Below, in pieces: positions 11,701 through 26,700 of a stretch of 64,000 nucleotides of DNA. This DNA is from the human T2T-CHM13v2.0 reference genome, Homo sapiens. The translations under genes were made by a program, and so were the position numbers. The stretch lies in the NCBI RefSeq assembly GCF_009914755.1, contig NC_060946.1. One strand, given 5' to 3'. The stretch's first letter is position 1. Every line of letters starts with the position of its first letter. The notes beneath the pieces are model-generated. The model was not told the DNA's origin. It made no database searches and saw only the letters and a list, made by a program, of their open reading frames with translations.

Positions 11701-14700
11701 GCCTCAAACCGTCCGAAACGTCCACTTCCATATACTTCAAAAAGAGCGTTTCAAACCTGCTCTATGAAAGGCAATGTTCAACTCTGTGACTTGAATGCAG
11801 ACATCACAGAGCTGTTTATGAGAATGCTTCTGTCTAGATTTTATAGGATGATATTCCCGTTTCCAACGAAATCTTCACAGCTATCCAAATATCCACTTGC
11901 AGATTCTACAAAAAGAGTGTATCCAAACTGCTCTGGCAAAAGGAAGGTTCTTCTCTGTTAAGTGAGTGCATACGTCATAAAGGAGTTTCTGAGAATGTTT
12001 CTGTCTAGTGGTTATGGGAAGATATTTGCTTTTTCACCGTAGGCCTCAGAGCGCTCCAAATATCCACTTGCACATACTACAAAAAGAGTGCCTCAAAGCT
12101 GCTCTCTGAAATGGAATGTTCAACTCTATGAGTTGAATGCAAACATCACAAAGACGTTTCTGAGAATGCTTCTGTCTAGATTTGATATGAAGATATTCCC
12201 GTTTCCAACGAAATCTTCAAATCTATCCAAATGTCCACTTCTATAATCAACAAAAAGTGTTTTTCAGAACTGCTCTATCAAAAGAAAGATCCACCTCTGT
12301 TAGCTGAGTTCACACATCCAAACAAGTTTATGAGAATGCTTCTGTCTAGTTTTTATTTGAAGATATTTCCTTTCTCACCATAGACCTGAAAGCTGTCCTA
12401 ATGTTCACTTCCAGATACTACAGAAAGAGTGTTTAAAAACTGCTGTACGAAAGGGAATGTTCAACTCTGTGACTTGAATGCACACATCACAAAGAAGTTT
12501 CTGAGGATGCTGCTGTCTACTTTTTATACGTAATCCCGTTTCCAACGAAATCCTCCAAGCTATCCAAATATCCACTTGCAGATTCCACAGAAAGACTGTT
12601 TCAAAACTGCTCTGTCAATAGAAAGGTTCAACTCTGTTAGCTGCGTGCATATATCCCAAAGAAGATTCTGAGATTGCTTCTGTCTAGTTTTTATGGGAAG
12701 ATATTTCCCTTTTCACCGTAGGTGTCAAGGCGCTCCAAATGTCCACTTCCAGATACTACAAAAAGAGTGTTTCAAACCTACTCTGTGAAAAGGAATATTC
12801 AACTCTGTGACTTTAATGCACATATCACAAAGAAGTTTCTGAGAATGCTTCTGTCGAGATTTTATATGAAGATATTCCCGTTTCCAACGAAATCCTGAAA
12901 TCTATCCAAATATCCCCTCGCAGATTCTACAAAAAGAGTGTTTCAAAACTGCTCTGTAAAAAGAAAGGTTCAACTCTGTTAGTTGAGTACACACATCACA
13001 AACAAGTTTCACAGAATGCTTCTTTCTAGCTTGTAGGGGAAGATATTCCCTTTATCACCATGGGCCTCCAACCGTCCGAAACGTCCACTTCCATATACTA
13101 CAAAAAGAGCGTTTCAAACCTGCTCTATGAAAGGCAATGTTCAACTCTGTGACTTGAATGCAGACATCACAGAGCAGTTTCTGAGAATGCTTCTGTCTAG
13201 ATTTTATAGGAAGATATTCCCGTTTCCAACGAAATCTTCACAGCTATCCAAATATCCACTTGCAGATTCTACAAAAAGAGTGTATCAAAACTGCTCTGTC
13301 AAAAGGAAGGTTCTTCTCTGTTAGGTGAGTGCATACGTCATAAAGGAGTTTCTGAGAATGTTTCTGTCTAGTGGTTATGGGAAGATATTTGCTTTTTCAC
13401 CGTAGGCCTCAGAGCGCTCCAAATATCCACTTGCACATACTACAAAAAGAGTGCCTCAGAGCTGCTCTCTGAAACGGAATGTTCAACTCTATGAGTTGAA
13501 TGCAAACATCACAAAGACGTTTCTGAGAATGCTTCTGTCTAGATTTGATATGAAGATATTCCCGTTTCCAACGAAATCTTCAAATCTATCCAAATGTCCA
13601 CTTGCAGATTCAACAAAAAGTGTTTTTCAGAACTGCTCTATCAAAAGAAAGATCCACCTCTGTTAGCTGAGTTCACACATCACAAACAAGTTTATGAGAA
13701 TGCTTCTGTCTAGTTTTTATTTGAAGATATTTCCTTTCTCACCATAGACCTGAAAGCTGTCCTAATGTTCACTTCCAGATACTACAGAAAGAGTGTTTCA
13801 AAACTGCTGTACGAAAGGGAATGTTCAACTCTGTGACTTGAATGCACACATCACAAAGAAGTTTCTGAGGATGCTGCTGTCTACTTTTTATACGTAATCC
13901 CGTTTCCAACGAAATCCTCCAAGCTATCCAAATATCCACTTGCAGATTCCACAGAAAGACTGTTTCAAAACTGCTCTGTCAATAGAAAGGTTCAACTCTG
14001 TTAGCTGCGTGCATATATCCCGAAGAAGATTCTGAGATTCCTTCTGTCTAGTTTTTATGGGAAGATATTTCCCTTTTCACCGTAGGCGTCAAGGCGCTCC
14101 AAATGTCCACTTCCAGATACTACAAAAAGAGTGTTTCAAACCTACTCTGTGAAAGGGAATATTCAACTCTGTGACTTGAATGCACATATCACAAAGAAGT
14201 TTCTGAGAATGCTTCTGTCGAGATTTTATATGAAGATATTCCCGTTTCCAACGAAATCCTGAAATCTATCCAAATATCCCCTCGCAGATTCTACAAAAAG
14301 AGTGTTTCAAAACTGTTCTGTAAAAAGAAAGGTTCAACTCTGTTAGTTGAGTACACACATCACAAACAAGTATCACAGAATGCTTCTTTCTAGCTTGTAG
14401 GGGAAGATATTCCCTTTATCACCATGGGCCTCAAACCGTCCGAAACGTCCACTTCCATATACTTCAAAAAGAGCGTTTCAAACCTGCTCTATGAAAGGCA
14501 ATGTTCAACTCTGTGACTTGAATGCAGACATCACAGAGCTGTTTATGAGAATGCTTCTGTCTAGATTTTATAGGATGATATTCCCGTTTCCAACGAAATC
14601 TTCACAGCTATCCAAATATCCACTTGCAGATTCTACAAAAAGAGTGTATCCAAACTGCTCTGGCAAAAGGAAGGTTCTTCTCTGTTAAGTGAGTGCATAC

Positions 14701-17700
14701 GTCATAAAGGAGTTTCTGAGAATGTTTCTGTCTAGTGGTTATGGGAAGATATTTGCTTTTTCACCGTAGGCCTCAGAGCGCTCCAAATATCCACTTGCAC
14801 ATACTACAAAAAGAGTGCCTCAAAGCTGCTCTCTGAAATGGAATGTTCAACTCTATGAGTTGAATGCAAACATCACAAAGACGTTTCTGAGAATGCTTCT
14901 GTCTAGATTTGATATGAAGATATTCCCGTTTCCAACGAAATCTTCAAATCTATCCAAATGTCCACTTCTATAATCAACAAAAAGTGTTTTTCAGAACTGC
15001 TCTATCAAAAGAAAGATCCACCTCTGTTAGCTGAGTTCACACATCCAAACAAGTTTATGAGAATGCTTCTGTCTAGTTTTTATTTGAAGATATTTCCTTT
15101 CTCACCATAGACCTGAAAGCTGTCCTAATATTCACTTCCAGATACTACAGAAAGAGTGTTTCAAAACTGCTGTACGAAAGGGAATGTTCAACTCTGTGAC
15201 TTGAATGCACACATCACAAAGAAGTTTCTGAGGATGCTGCTGTCTACTTTTTATACGTAATCCCGTTTCCAACGAAATCCTCCAAGCTATCCAAATATCC
15301 ACTTGCAGATTCCACAGAAAGACTGTTTCAAAACTGCTCTGTCAATAGAAAGGTTCAACTCTGTTAGCTGCGTGCATATATCCCAAAGAAGATTCTGAGA
15401 TTGCTTCTGTCTAGTTTTTATGGGAAGATATTTCCCTTTTCACCGTAGGTGTCAAGGCGCTCCAAATGTCCACTTCCAGATACTACAAAAAGAGTGTTTC
15501 AAACCTACTCTGTGAAAAGGAATATTCAACTCTGTGACTTTAATGCACATATCACAAAGAAGTTTCTGATAATGCTTCTGTCGAGATTTTATATGAAGAT
15601 ATTCCCGTTTCCAACGAAATCCTGAAATCTATCCAAATATCCCCTCGCAGATTCTACAAAAAGAGTGTTTCAAAACTGCTCTGTAAAAAGAAAGGTTCAA
15701 CTCTGTTAGTTGAGTACACACATCACAAACAAGTTTCACAGAATGCTTCTTTCTAGCTTGTAGGGGAAGATATTCCCTTTATCACCATGGGCCTCCAACC
15801 GTCCGAAACGTCCACTTCCATATACTACAAAAAGAGCGTTTCAAACCTGCTCTATGAAAGGCAATGTTCAACTCTGTGACTTGAATGCAGACATCACAGA
15901 GCAGTTTCTGAGAATGCTTCTGTCTAGATTTTATAGGAAGATATTCCCGTTTCCAACGAAATCTTCACAGCTATCCAAATATCCACTTGCAGATTCTACA
16001 AAAAGAGTGTATCAAAACTGCTCTGTCAAAAGGAAGGTTCTTCTCTGTTAGGTGAGTGCATACGTCATAAAGGAGTTTCTGAGAATGTTTCTGTCTAGTG
16101 GTTATGGGAAGATATTTGCTTTTTCACCGTAGGCCTCAGAGCGCTCCAAATATCCACTTGCACATACTACAAAAAGAGTGCCTCAGAGCTGCTCTCTGAA
16201 ACGGAATGTTCAACTCTATGAGTTGAATGCAAACATCACAAAGACGTTTCTGAGAATGCTTCTGTCTAGATTTGATATGAAGATATTCCCGTTTCCAACG
16301 AAATCTTCAAATCTATCCAAATGTCCACTTGCAGATTCAACAAAAAGTGTTTTTCAGAACTGCTCTATCAAAAGAAAGATCCACCTCTGTTAGCTGAGTT
16401 CACACATCACAAACAAGTTTATGAGAATGCTTCTGTCTAGTTTTTATTTGAAGATATTTCCTTTCTCACCATAGACCTGAAAGCTGTCCTAATGTTCACT
16501 TCCAGATACTACAGAAAGAGTGTTTCAAAACTGCTGTACGAAAGGGAATGTTCAACTCTGTGACTTGAATGCACACATCACAAAGAAGTTTCTGAGGATG
16601 CTGCTGTCTACTTTTTATACGTAATCCCGTTTCCAACGAAATCCTCCAAGCTATCCAAATATCCACTTGCAGATTCCACAGAAAGACTGTTTCAAAACTG
16701 CTCTGTCAACAGAAAGGTTCAACTCTGTTAGCTGCGTGCATATATCCCGAAGAAGATTCTGAGATTGCTTCTGTCTAGTTTTTATGGGAAGATATTTCCC
16801 TTTTCACCGTAGGCGTCAAGGCGCTCCAAATGTCCACTTCCAGATACTACAAAAAGAGTGTTTCAAACCTACTCTGTGAAAGGGAATATTCAACTCTGTG
16901 ACTTGAATGCACATATCACAAAGAAGTTTCTGAGAATGCTTCTGTCGAGATTTTATATGAAGATATTCCCGTTTCCAACGAAATCCTGAAATCTATCCAA
17001 ATATCCCCTCGCAGATTCTACAAAAAGAGTGTTTCAAAACTGTTCTGTAAAAAGAAAGGTTCAACTCTGTTAGTTGAGTACACACATCACAAACAAGTAT
17101 CACAGAATGCTTCTTTCTAGCTTGTAGGGGAAGATATTCCCTTTATCACCATGGGCCTCAAACCGTCCGAAACGTCCACTTCCATATACTTCAAAAAGAG
17201 CGTTTCAAACCTGCTCTATGAAAGGCAATGTTCAACTCTGTGACTTGAATGCAGACATCACAGAGCTGTTTATGAGAATGCTTCTGTCTAGATTTTATAG
17301 GATGATATTCCCGTTTCCAACGAAATCTTCACAGCTATCCAAATATCCACTTGCAGATTCTACAAAAAGAGTGTATCCAAACTGCTCTGGCAAAAGGAAG
17401 GTTCTTCTCTGTTAAGTGAGTGCATACGTCATAAAGGAGTTTCTGAGAATGTTTCTGTCTAGTGGTTATGGGAAGATATTTGCTTTTTCACCGTAGGCCT
17501 CAGAGCGCTCCAAATATCCACTTGCACATACTACAAAAAGAGTGCCTCAAAGCTGCTCTCTGAAATGGAATGTTCAACTCTATGAGTTGAATGCAAACAT
17601 CACAAAGACGTTTCTGAGAATGCTTCTGTCTAGATTTGATATGAAGATATTCCCGTTTCCAACGAAATCTTCAAATCTATCCAAATGTCCACTTCTATAA

Positions 17701-20700
17701 TCAACAAAAAGTGTTTTTCAGAACTGCTCTATCAAAAGAAAGATCCACCTCTGTTAGCTGAGTTCACACATCCAAACAAGTTTATGAGAATGCTTCTGTC
17801 TAGTTTTTATTTGAAGATATTTCCTTTCTCACCATAGACCTGAAAGCTGTCCTAATGTTCACTTCCAGATACTACAGAAAGAGTGTTTCAAAACTGCTGT
17901 ACGAAAGGGAATGTTCAACTCTGTGACTTGAATGCACACATCACAAAGAAGTTTCTGAGGATGCTGCTGTCTACTTTTTATACGTAATCCCGTTTCCAAC
18001 GAAATCCTCCAAGCTATCCAAATATCCACTTGCAGATTCCACAGAAAGACTGTTTCAAAACTGCTCTGTCAATAGAAAGGTTCAACTCTGTTAGCTGCGT
18101 GCATATATCCCAAAGAAGATTCTGAGATTGCTTCTGTCTAGTTTTTATGGGAAGATATTTCCCTTTTCACCGTAGGTGTCAAGGCGCTCCAAATGTCCAC
18201 TTCCAGATACTACAAAAAGAGTGTTTCAAACCTACTCTGTGAAAAGGAATATTCAACTCTGTGACTTTAATGCACATATCACAAAGAAGTTTCTGAGAAT
18301 GCTTCTGTCGAGATTTTATATGAAGATATTCCCGTTTCCAACGAAATCCTGAAATCTATCCAAATATCCCCTCGCAGATTCTACAAAAAGAGTGTTTCAA
18401 AACTGTTCTGTAAAAAGAAAGGTTCAACTCTGTTAGTTGAGTACACACATCACAAACAAGTTTCACAGAATGCTTCTTTCTAGCTTGTAGGGGAAGATAT
18501 TCCCTTTATCACCATGGGCCTCCAACCGTCCGAAACGTCCACTTCCATATACTACAAAAAGAGCGTTTCAAACCTGCTCTATGAAAGGCAATGTTCAACT
18601 CTGTGACTTGAATGCAGACATCACAGAGCAGTTTCTGAGAATGCTTCTGTCTAGATTTTATAGGAAGATATTCCCGTTTCCAACGAAATCTTCACAGCTA
18701 TCCAAATATCCACTTGCAGATTCTACAAAAAGAGTGTATCAAAACTGCTCTGTCAAAAGGAAGGTTCTTCTCTGTTAGGTGAGTGCATACGTCATAAAGG
18801 AGTTTCTGAGAATGTTTCTGTCTAGTGGTTATGGGAAGATATTTGCTTTTTCACCGTAGGCCTCAGAGCGCTCCAAATATCCACTTGCACATACTACAAA
18901 AAGAGTGCCTCAGAGCTGCTCTCTGAAACGGAATGTTCAACTCTATGAGTTGAATGCAAACATCACAAAGACGTTTCTGAGAATGCTTCTGTCTAGATTT
19001 GATATGAAGATATTCCCGTTTCCAACGAAATCTTCAAATCTATCCAAATGTCCACTTGCAGATTCAACAAAAAGTGTTTTTCAGAACTGCTCTATCAAAA
19101 GAAAGATCCACCTCTGTTAGCTGAGTTCACACATCACAAACAAGTTTATGAGAATGCTTCTGTCTAGTTTTTATTTGAAGATATTTCCTTTCTCACCATA
19201 GACCTGAAAGCTGTCCTAATGTTCACTTCCAGATACTACAGAAAGAGTGTTTCAAAACTGCTGTACGAAAGGGAATGTTCAACTCTGTGACTTGAATGCA
19301 CACATCACAAAGAAGTTTCTGAGGATGCTGCTGTCTACTTTTTATACGTAATCCCGTTTCCAACGAAATCCTCCAAGCTATCCAAATATCCACTTGCAGA
19401 TTCCACAGAAAGACTGTTTCAAAACTGCTCTGTCAATAGAAAGGTTCAACTCTGTTAGCTGCGTGCATATATCCCGAAGAAGATTCTGAGATTCCTTCTG
19501 TCTAGTTTTTATGGGAAGATATTTCCCTTTTCACCGTAGGCGTCAAGGCGCTCCAAATGTCCACTTCCAGATACTACAAAAAGAGTGTTTCAAACCTACT
19601 CTGTGAAAGGGAATATTCAACTCTGTGACTTGAATGCACATATCACAAAGAAGTTTCTGAGAATGCTTCTGTCGAGATTTTATATGAAGATATTCCCGTT
19701 TCCAACGAAATCCTGAAATCTATCCAAATATCCCCTCGCAGATTCTACAAAAAGAGTGTTTCAAAACTGTTCTGTAAAAAGAAAGGTTCAACTCTGTTAG
19801 TTGAGTACACACATCACAAACAAGTATCACAGAATGCTTCTTTCTAGCTTGTAGGGGAAGATATTCCCTTTATCACCATGGGCCTCAAACCGTCCGAAAC
19901 GTCCACTTCCATATACTTCAAAAAGAGCGTTTCAAACCTGCTCTATGAAAGGCAATGTTCAACTCTGTGACTTGAATGCAGACATCACAGAGCTGTTTAT
20001 GAGAATGCTTCTGTCTAGATTTTATAGGATGATATTCCCGTTTCCAACGAAATCTTCACAGCTATCCAAATATCCACTTGCAGATTCTACAAAAAGAGTG
20101 TATCCAAACTGCTCTGGCAAAAGGAAGGTTCTTCTCTGTTAAGTGAGTGCATACGTCATAAAGGAGTTTCTGAGAATGTTTCTGTCTAGTGGTTATGGGA
20201 AGATATTTGCTTTTTCACCGTAGGCCTCAGAGCGCTCCAAATATCCACTTGCACATACTACAAAAAGAGTGCCTCAAAGCTGCTCTCTGAAATGGAATGT
20301 TCAACTCTATGAGTTGAATGCAAACATCACAAAGACGTTTCTGAGAATGCTTCTGTCTAGATTTGATATGAAGATATTCCCGTTTCCAACGAAATCTTCA
20401 AATCTATCCAAATGTCCACTTCTATAATCAACAAAAAGTGTTTTTCAGAACTGCTCTATCAAAAGAAAGATCCACCTCTGTTAGCTGAGTTCACACATCC
20501 AAACAAGTTTATGAGAATGCTTCTGTCTAGTTTTTATTTGAAGATATTTCCTTTCTCACCATAGACCTGAAAGCTGTCCTAATGTTCACTTCCAGATACT
20601 ACAGAAAGAGTGTTTAAAAACTGCTGTACGAAAGGGAATGTTCAACTCTGTGACTTGAATGCACACATCACAAAGAAGTTTCTGAGGATGCTGCTGTCTA

Positions 20701-23700
20701 CTTTTTATACGTAATCCCGTTTCCAACGAAATCCTCCAAGCTATCCAAATATCCACTTGCAGATTCCACAGAAAGACTGTTTCAAAACTGCTCTGTCAAT
20801 AGAAAGGTTCAACTCTGTTAGCTGCGTGCATATATCCCAAAGAAGATTCTGAGATTGCTTCTGTCTAGTTTTTATGGGAAGATATTTCCCTTTTCACCGT
20901 AGGTGTCAAGGCGCTCCAAATGTCCACTTCCAGATACTACAAAAAGAGTGTTTCAAACCTACTCTGTGAAAAGGAATATTCAACTCTGTGACTTTAATGC
21001 ACATATCACAAAGAAGTTTCTGAGAATGCTTCTGTCGAGATTTTATATGAAGATATTCCCGTTTCCAACGAAATCCTGAAATCTATCCAAATATCCCCTC
21101 GCAGATTCTACAAAAAGAGTGTTTCAAAACTGCTCTGTAAAAAGAAAGGTTCAACTCTGTTAGTTGAGTACACACATCACAAACAAGTTTCACAGAATGC
21201 TTCTTTCTAGCTTGTAGGGGAAGATATTCCCTTTATCACCATGGGCCTCCAACCGTCCGAAACGTCCACTTCCATATACTACAAAAAGAGCGTTTCAAAC
21301 CTGCTCTATGAAAGGCAATGTTCAACTCTGTGACTTGAATGCAGACATCACAGAGCAGTTTCTGAGAATGCTTCTGTCTAGATTTTATAGGAAGATATTC
21401 CCGTTTCCAACGAAATCTTCACAGCTATCCAAATATCCACTTGCAGATTCTACAAAAAGAGTGTATCAAAACTGCTCTGTCAAAAGGAAGGTTCTTCTCT
21501 GTTAGGTGAGTGCATACGTCATAAAGGAGTTTCTGAGAATGTTTCTGTCTAGTGGTTATGGGAAGATATTTGCTTTTTCACCGTAGGCCTCAGAGCGCTC
21601 CAAATATCCACTTGCACATACTACAAAAAGAGTGCCTCAGAGCTGCTCTCTGAAACGGAATGTTCAACTCTATGAGTTGAATGCAAACATCACAAAGACG
21701 TTTCTGAGAATGCTTCTGTCTAGATTTGATATGAAGATATTCCCGTTTCCAACGAAATCTTCAAATCTATCCAAATGTCCACTTGCAGATTCAACAAAAA
21801 GTGTTTTTCAGAACTGCTCTATCAAAAGAAAGATCCACCTCTGTTAGCTGAGTTCACACATCACAAACAAGTTTATGAGAATGCTTCTGTCTAGTTTTTA
21901 TTTGAAGATATTTCCTTTCTCACCATAGACCTGAAAGCTGTCCTAATGTTCACTTCCAGATACTACAGAAAGAGTGTTTCAAAACTGCTGTACGAAAGGG
22001 AATGTTCAACTCTGTGACTTGAATGCACACATCACAAAGAAGTTTCTGAGGATGCTGCTGTCTACTTTTTATACGTAATCCCGTTTCCAACGAAATCCTC
22101 CAAGCTATCCAAATATCCACTTGCAGATTCCACAGAAAGACTGTTTCAAAACTGCTCTGTCAATAGAAAGGTTCAACTCTCTTAGCTGCGTGCATATATC
22201 CCGAAGAAGATTCTGAGATTCCTTCTGTCTAGTTTTTATGGGAAGATATTTCCCTTTTCACCGTAGGCGTCAAGGCGCTCCAAATGTCCACTTCCAGATA
22301 CTACAAAAAGAGTGTTTCAAACCTACTCTGTGAAAGGGAATATTCAACTCTGTGACTTGAATGCACATATCACAAAGAAGTTTCTGAGAATGCTTCTGTC
22401 GAGATTTTATATGAAGATATTCCCGTTTCCAACGAAATCCTGAAATCTATCCAAATATCCCCTCGCAGATTCTACAAAAAGAGTGTTTCAAAACTGTTCT
22501 GTAAAAAGAAAGGTTCAACTCTGTTAGTTGAGTACACACATCACAAACAAGTATCACAGAATGCTAATTCTAGCTTGTAGGGGAAGATATTCCCTTTATC
22601 ACCATGGGCCTCAAACCGTCCGAAACGTCCACTTCCATATACTTCAAAAAGAGCGTTTCAAACCTGCTCTATGAAAGGCAATGTTCAACTCTGTGACTTG
22701 AATGCAGACATCACAGAGCTGTTTATGAGAATGCTTCTGTCTAGATTTTATAGGATGATATTCCCGTTTCCAACGAAATCTTCACAGCTATCCAAATATC
22801 CACTTGCAGATTCTACAAAAAGAGTGTATCCAAACTGCTCTGGCAAAAGGAAGGTTCTTCTCTGTTAAGTGAGTGCATACGTCATAAAGGAGTTTCTGAG
22901 AATGTTTCTGTCTAGTGGTTATGGGAAGATATTTGCTTTTTCACCGTAGGCCTCAGAGCGCTCCAAATATCCACTTGCACATACTACAAAAAGAGTGCCT
23001 CAAAGCTGCTCTCTGAAATGGAATGTTCAACTCTATGAGTTGAATGCAAACATCACAAAGACGTTTCTGAGAATGCTTCTGTCTAGATTTGATATGAAGA
23101 TATTCCCGTTTCCAACGAAATCTTCAAATCTATCCAAATGTCCACTTCTATAATCAACAAAAAGTGTTTTTCAGAACTGCTCTATCAAAAGAAAGATCCA
23201 CCTCTGTTAGCTGAGTTCACACATCCAAACAAGTTTATGAGAATGCTTCTGTCTAGTTTTTATTTGAAGATATTTCCTTTCTCACCATAGACCTGAAAGC
23301 TGTCCTAATGTTCACTTCCAGATACTACAGAAAGAGTGTTTCAAAACTGCTGTACGAAAGGGAATGTTCAACTCTGTGACTTGAATGCACACATCACAAA
23401 GAAGTTTCTGAGGATGCTGCTGTCTACTTTTTATACGTAATCCCGTTTCCAACGAAATCCTCCAAGCTATCCAAATATCCACTTGCAGATTCCACAGAAA
23501 GACTGTTTCAAAACTGCTCTGTCAATAGAAAGGTTCAACTCTGTTAGCTGCGTGCATATATCCCAAAGAAGATTCTGAGATTGCTTCTGTCTAGTTTTTA
23601 TGGGAAGATATTTCCCTTTTCACCGTAGGTGTCAAGGCGCTCCAAATGTCCACTTCCAGATACTACAAAAAGAGTGTTTCAAACCTACTCTGTGAAAAGG

Positions 23701-26700
23701 AATATTCAACTCTGTGACTTTAATGCACATATCACAAAGAAGTTTCTGAGAATGCTTCTGTCGAGATTTTATATGAAGATATTCCCGTTTCCAACGAAAT
23801 CCTGAAATCTATCCAAATATCCCCTCGCAGATTCTACAAAAAGAGTGTTTCAAAACTGCTCTGTAAAAAGAAAGGTTCAACTCTGTTAGTTGAGTACACA
23901 CATCACAAACAAGTTTCACAGAATGCTTCTTTCTAGCTTGTAGGGGAAGATATTCCCTTTATCACCATGGGCCTCCAACCGTCCGAAACGTCCACTTCCA
24001 TATACTACAAAAAGAGCGTTTCAAACCTGCTCTATGAAAGGCAATGTTCAACTCTGTGACTTGAATGCAGACATCACAGAGCAGTTTCTGAGAATGCTTC
24101 TGTCTAGATTTTATAGGAAGATATTCCCGTTTCCAACGAAATCTTCACAGCTATCCAAATATCCACTTGCAGATTCTACAAAAAGAGTGTATCAAAACTG
24201 CTCTGTCAAAAGGAAGGTTCTTCTCTGTTAGGTGAGTGCATACGTCATAAAGGAGTTTCTGAGAATGTTTCTGTCTAGTGGTTATGGGAAGATATTTGCT
24301 TTTTCACCGTAGGCCTCAGAGCGCTCCAAATATCCACTTGCACATACTACAAAAAGAGTGCCTCAGAGCTGCTCTCTGAAACGGAATGTTCAACTCTATG
24401 AGTTGAATGCAAACATCACAAAGACGTTTCTGAGAATGCTTCTGTCTAGATTTGATATGAAGATATTCCCGTTTCCAACGAAATCTTCAAATCTATCCAA
24501 ATGTCCACTTGCAGATTCAACAAAAAGTGTTTTTCAGAACTGCTCTATCAAAAGAAAGATCCACCTCTGTTAGCTGAGTTCACACATCACAAACAAGTTT
24601 ATGAGAATGCTTCTGTCTAGTTTTTATTTGAAGATATTTCCTTTCTCACCATAGACCTGAAAGCTGTCCTAATGTTCACTTCCAGATACTACAGAAAGAG
24701 TGTTTCAAAACTGCTGTACGAAAGGGAATGTTCAACTCTGTGACTTGAATGCACACATCACAAAGAAGTTTCTGAGGATGCTGCTGTCTACTTTTTATAC
24801 GTAATCCCGTTTCCAACGAAATCCTCCAAGCTATCCAAATATCCACTTGCAGATTCCACAGAAAGACTGTTTCAAAACTGCTCTGTCAATAGAAAGGTTC
24901 AACTCTCTTAGCTGCGTGCATATATCCCGAAGAAGATTCTGAGATTCCTTCTGTCTAGTTTTTATGGGAAGATATTTCCCTTTTCACCGTAGGCGTCAAG
25001 GCGCTCCAAATGTCCACTTCCAGATACTACAAAAAGAGTGTTTCAAACCTACTCTGTGAAAGGGAATATTCAACTCTGTGACTTGAATGCACATATCACA
25101 AAGAAGTTTCTGAGAATGCTTCTGTCGAGATTTTATATGAAGATATTCCCGTTTCCAACGAAATCCTGAAATCTATCCAAATATCCCCTCGCAGATTCTA
25201 CAAAAAGAGTGTTTCAAAACTGTTCTGTAAAAAGAAAGGTTCAACTCTGTTAGTTGAGTACACACATCACAAACAAGTATCACAGAATGCTAATTCTAGC
25301 TTGTAGGGGAAGATATTCCCTTTATCACCATGGGCCTCAAACCGTCCGAAACGTCCACTTCCATATACTTCAAAAAGAGCGTTTCAAACCTGCTCTATGA
25401 AAGGCAATGTTCAACTCTGTGACTTGAATGCAGACATCACAGAGCTGTTTATGAGAATGCTTCTGTCTAGATTTTATAGGATGATATTCCCGTTTCCAAC
25501 GAAATCTTCACAGCTATCCAAATATCCACTTGCAGATTCTACAAAAAGAGTGTATCCAAACTGCTCTGGCAAAAGGAAGGTTCTTCTCTGTTAAGTGAGT
25601 GCATACGTCATAAAGGAGTTTCTGAGAATGTTTCTGTCTAGTGGTTATGGGAAGATATTTGCTTTTTCACCGTAGGCCTCAGAGCGCTCCAAATATCCAC
25701 TTGCACATACTACAAAAAGAGTGCCTCAAAGCTGCTCTCTGAAATGGAATGTTCAACTCTATGAGTTGAATGCAAACATCACAAAGACGTTTCTGAGAAT
25801 GCTTCTGTCTAGATTTGATATGAAGATATTCCCGTTTCCAACGAAATCTTCAAATCTATCCAAATGTCCACTTCTATAATCAACAAAAAGTGTTTTTCAG
25901 AACTGCTCTATCAAAAGAAAGATCCACCTCTGTTAGCTGAGTTCACACATCCAAACAAGTTTATGAGAATGCTTCTGTCTAGTTTTTATTTGAAGATATT
26001 TCCTTTCTCACCATAGACCTGAAAGCTGTCCTAATGTTCACTTCCAGATACTACAGAAAGAGTGTTTCAAAACTGCTGTACGAAAGGGAATGTTCAACTC
26101 TGTGACTTGAATGCACACATCACAAAGAAGTTTCTGAGGATGCTGCTGTCTACTTTTTATACGTAATCCCGTTTCCAACGAAATCCTCCAAGCTATCCAA
26201 ATATCCACTTGCAGATTCCACAGAAAGACTGTTTCAAAACTGCTCTGTCAATAGAAAGGTTCAACTCTGTTAGCTGCGTGCATATATCCCAAAGAAGATT
26301 CTGAGATTGCTTCTGTCTAGTTTTTATGGGAAGATATTTCCCTTTTCACCGTAGGTGTCAAGGCGCTCCAAATGTCCACTTCCAGATACTACAAAAAGAG
26401 TGTTTCAAACCTACTCTGTGAAAAGGAATATTCAACTCTGTGACTTTAATGCACATATCACAAAGAAGTTTCTGAGAATGCTTCTGTCGAGATTTTATAT
26501 GAAGATATTCCCGTTTCCAACGAAATCCTGAAATCTATCCAAATATCCCCTCGCAGATTCTACAAAAAGAGTGTTTCAAAACTGCTCTGTAAAAAGAAAG
26601 GTTCAACTCTGTTAGTTGAGTACACACATCACAAACAAGTTTCACAGAATGCTTCTTTCTAGCTTGTAGGGGAAGATATTCCCTTTATCACCATGGGCCT

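Noticed and set aside
22563-22574. gctaattctagc as a quasi-palindrome-templated mutation
   Set aside because: The stem is only 4 bp (gcta/tagc), too short to distinguish from chance.
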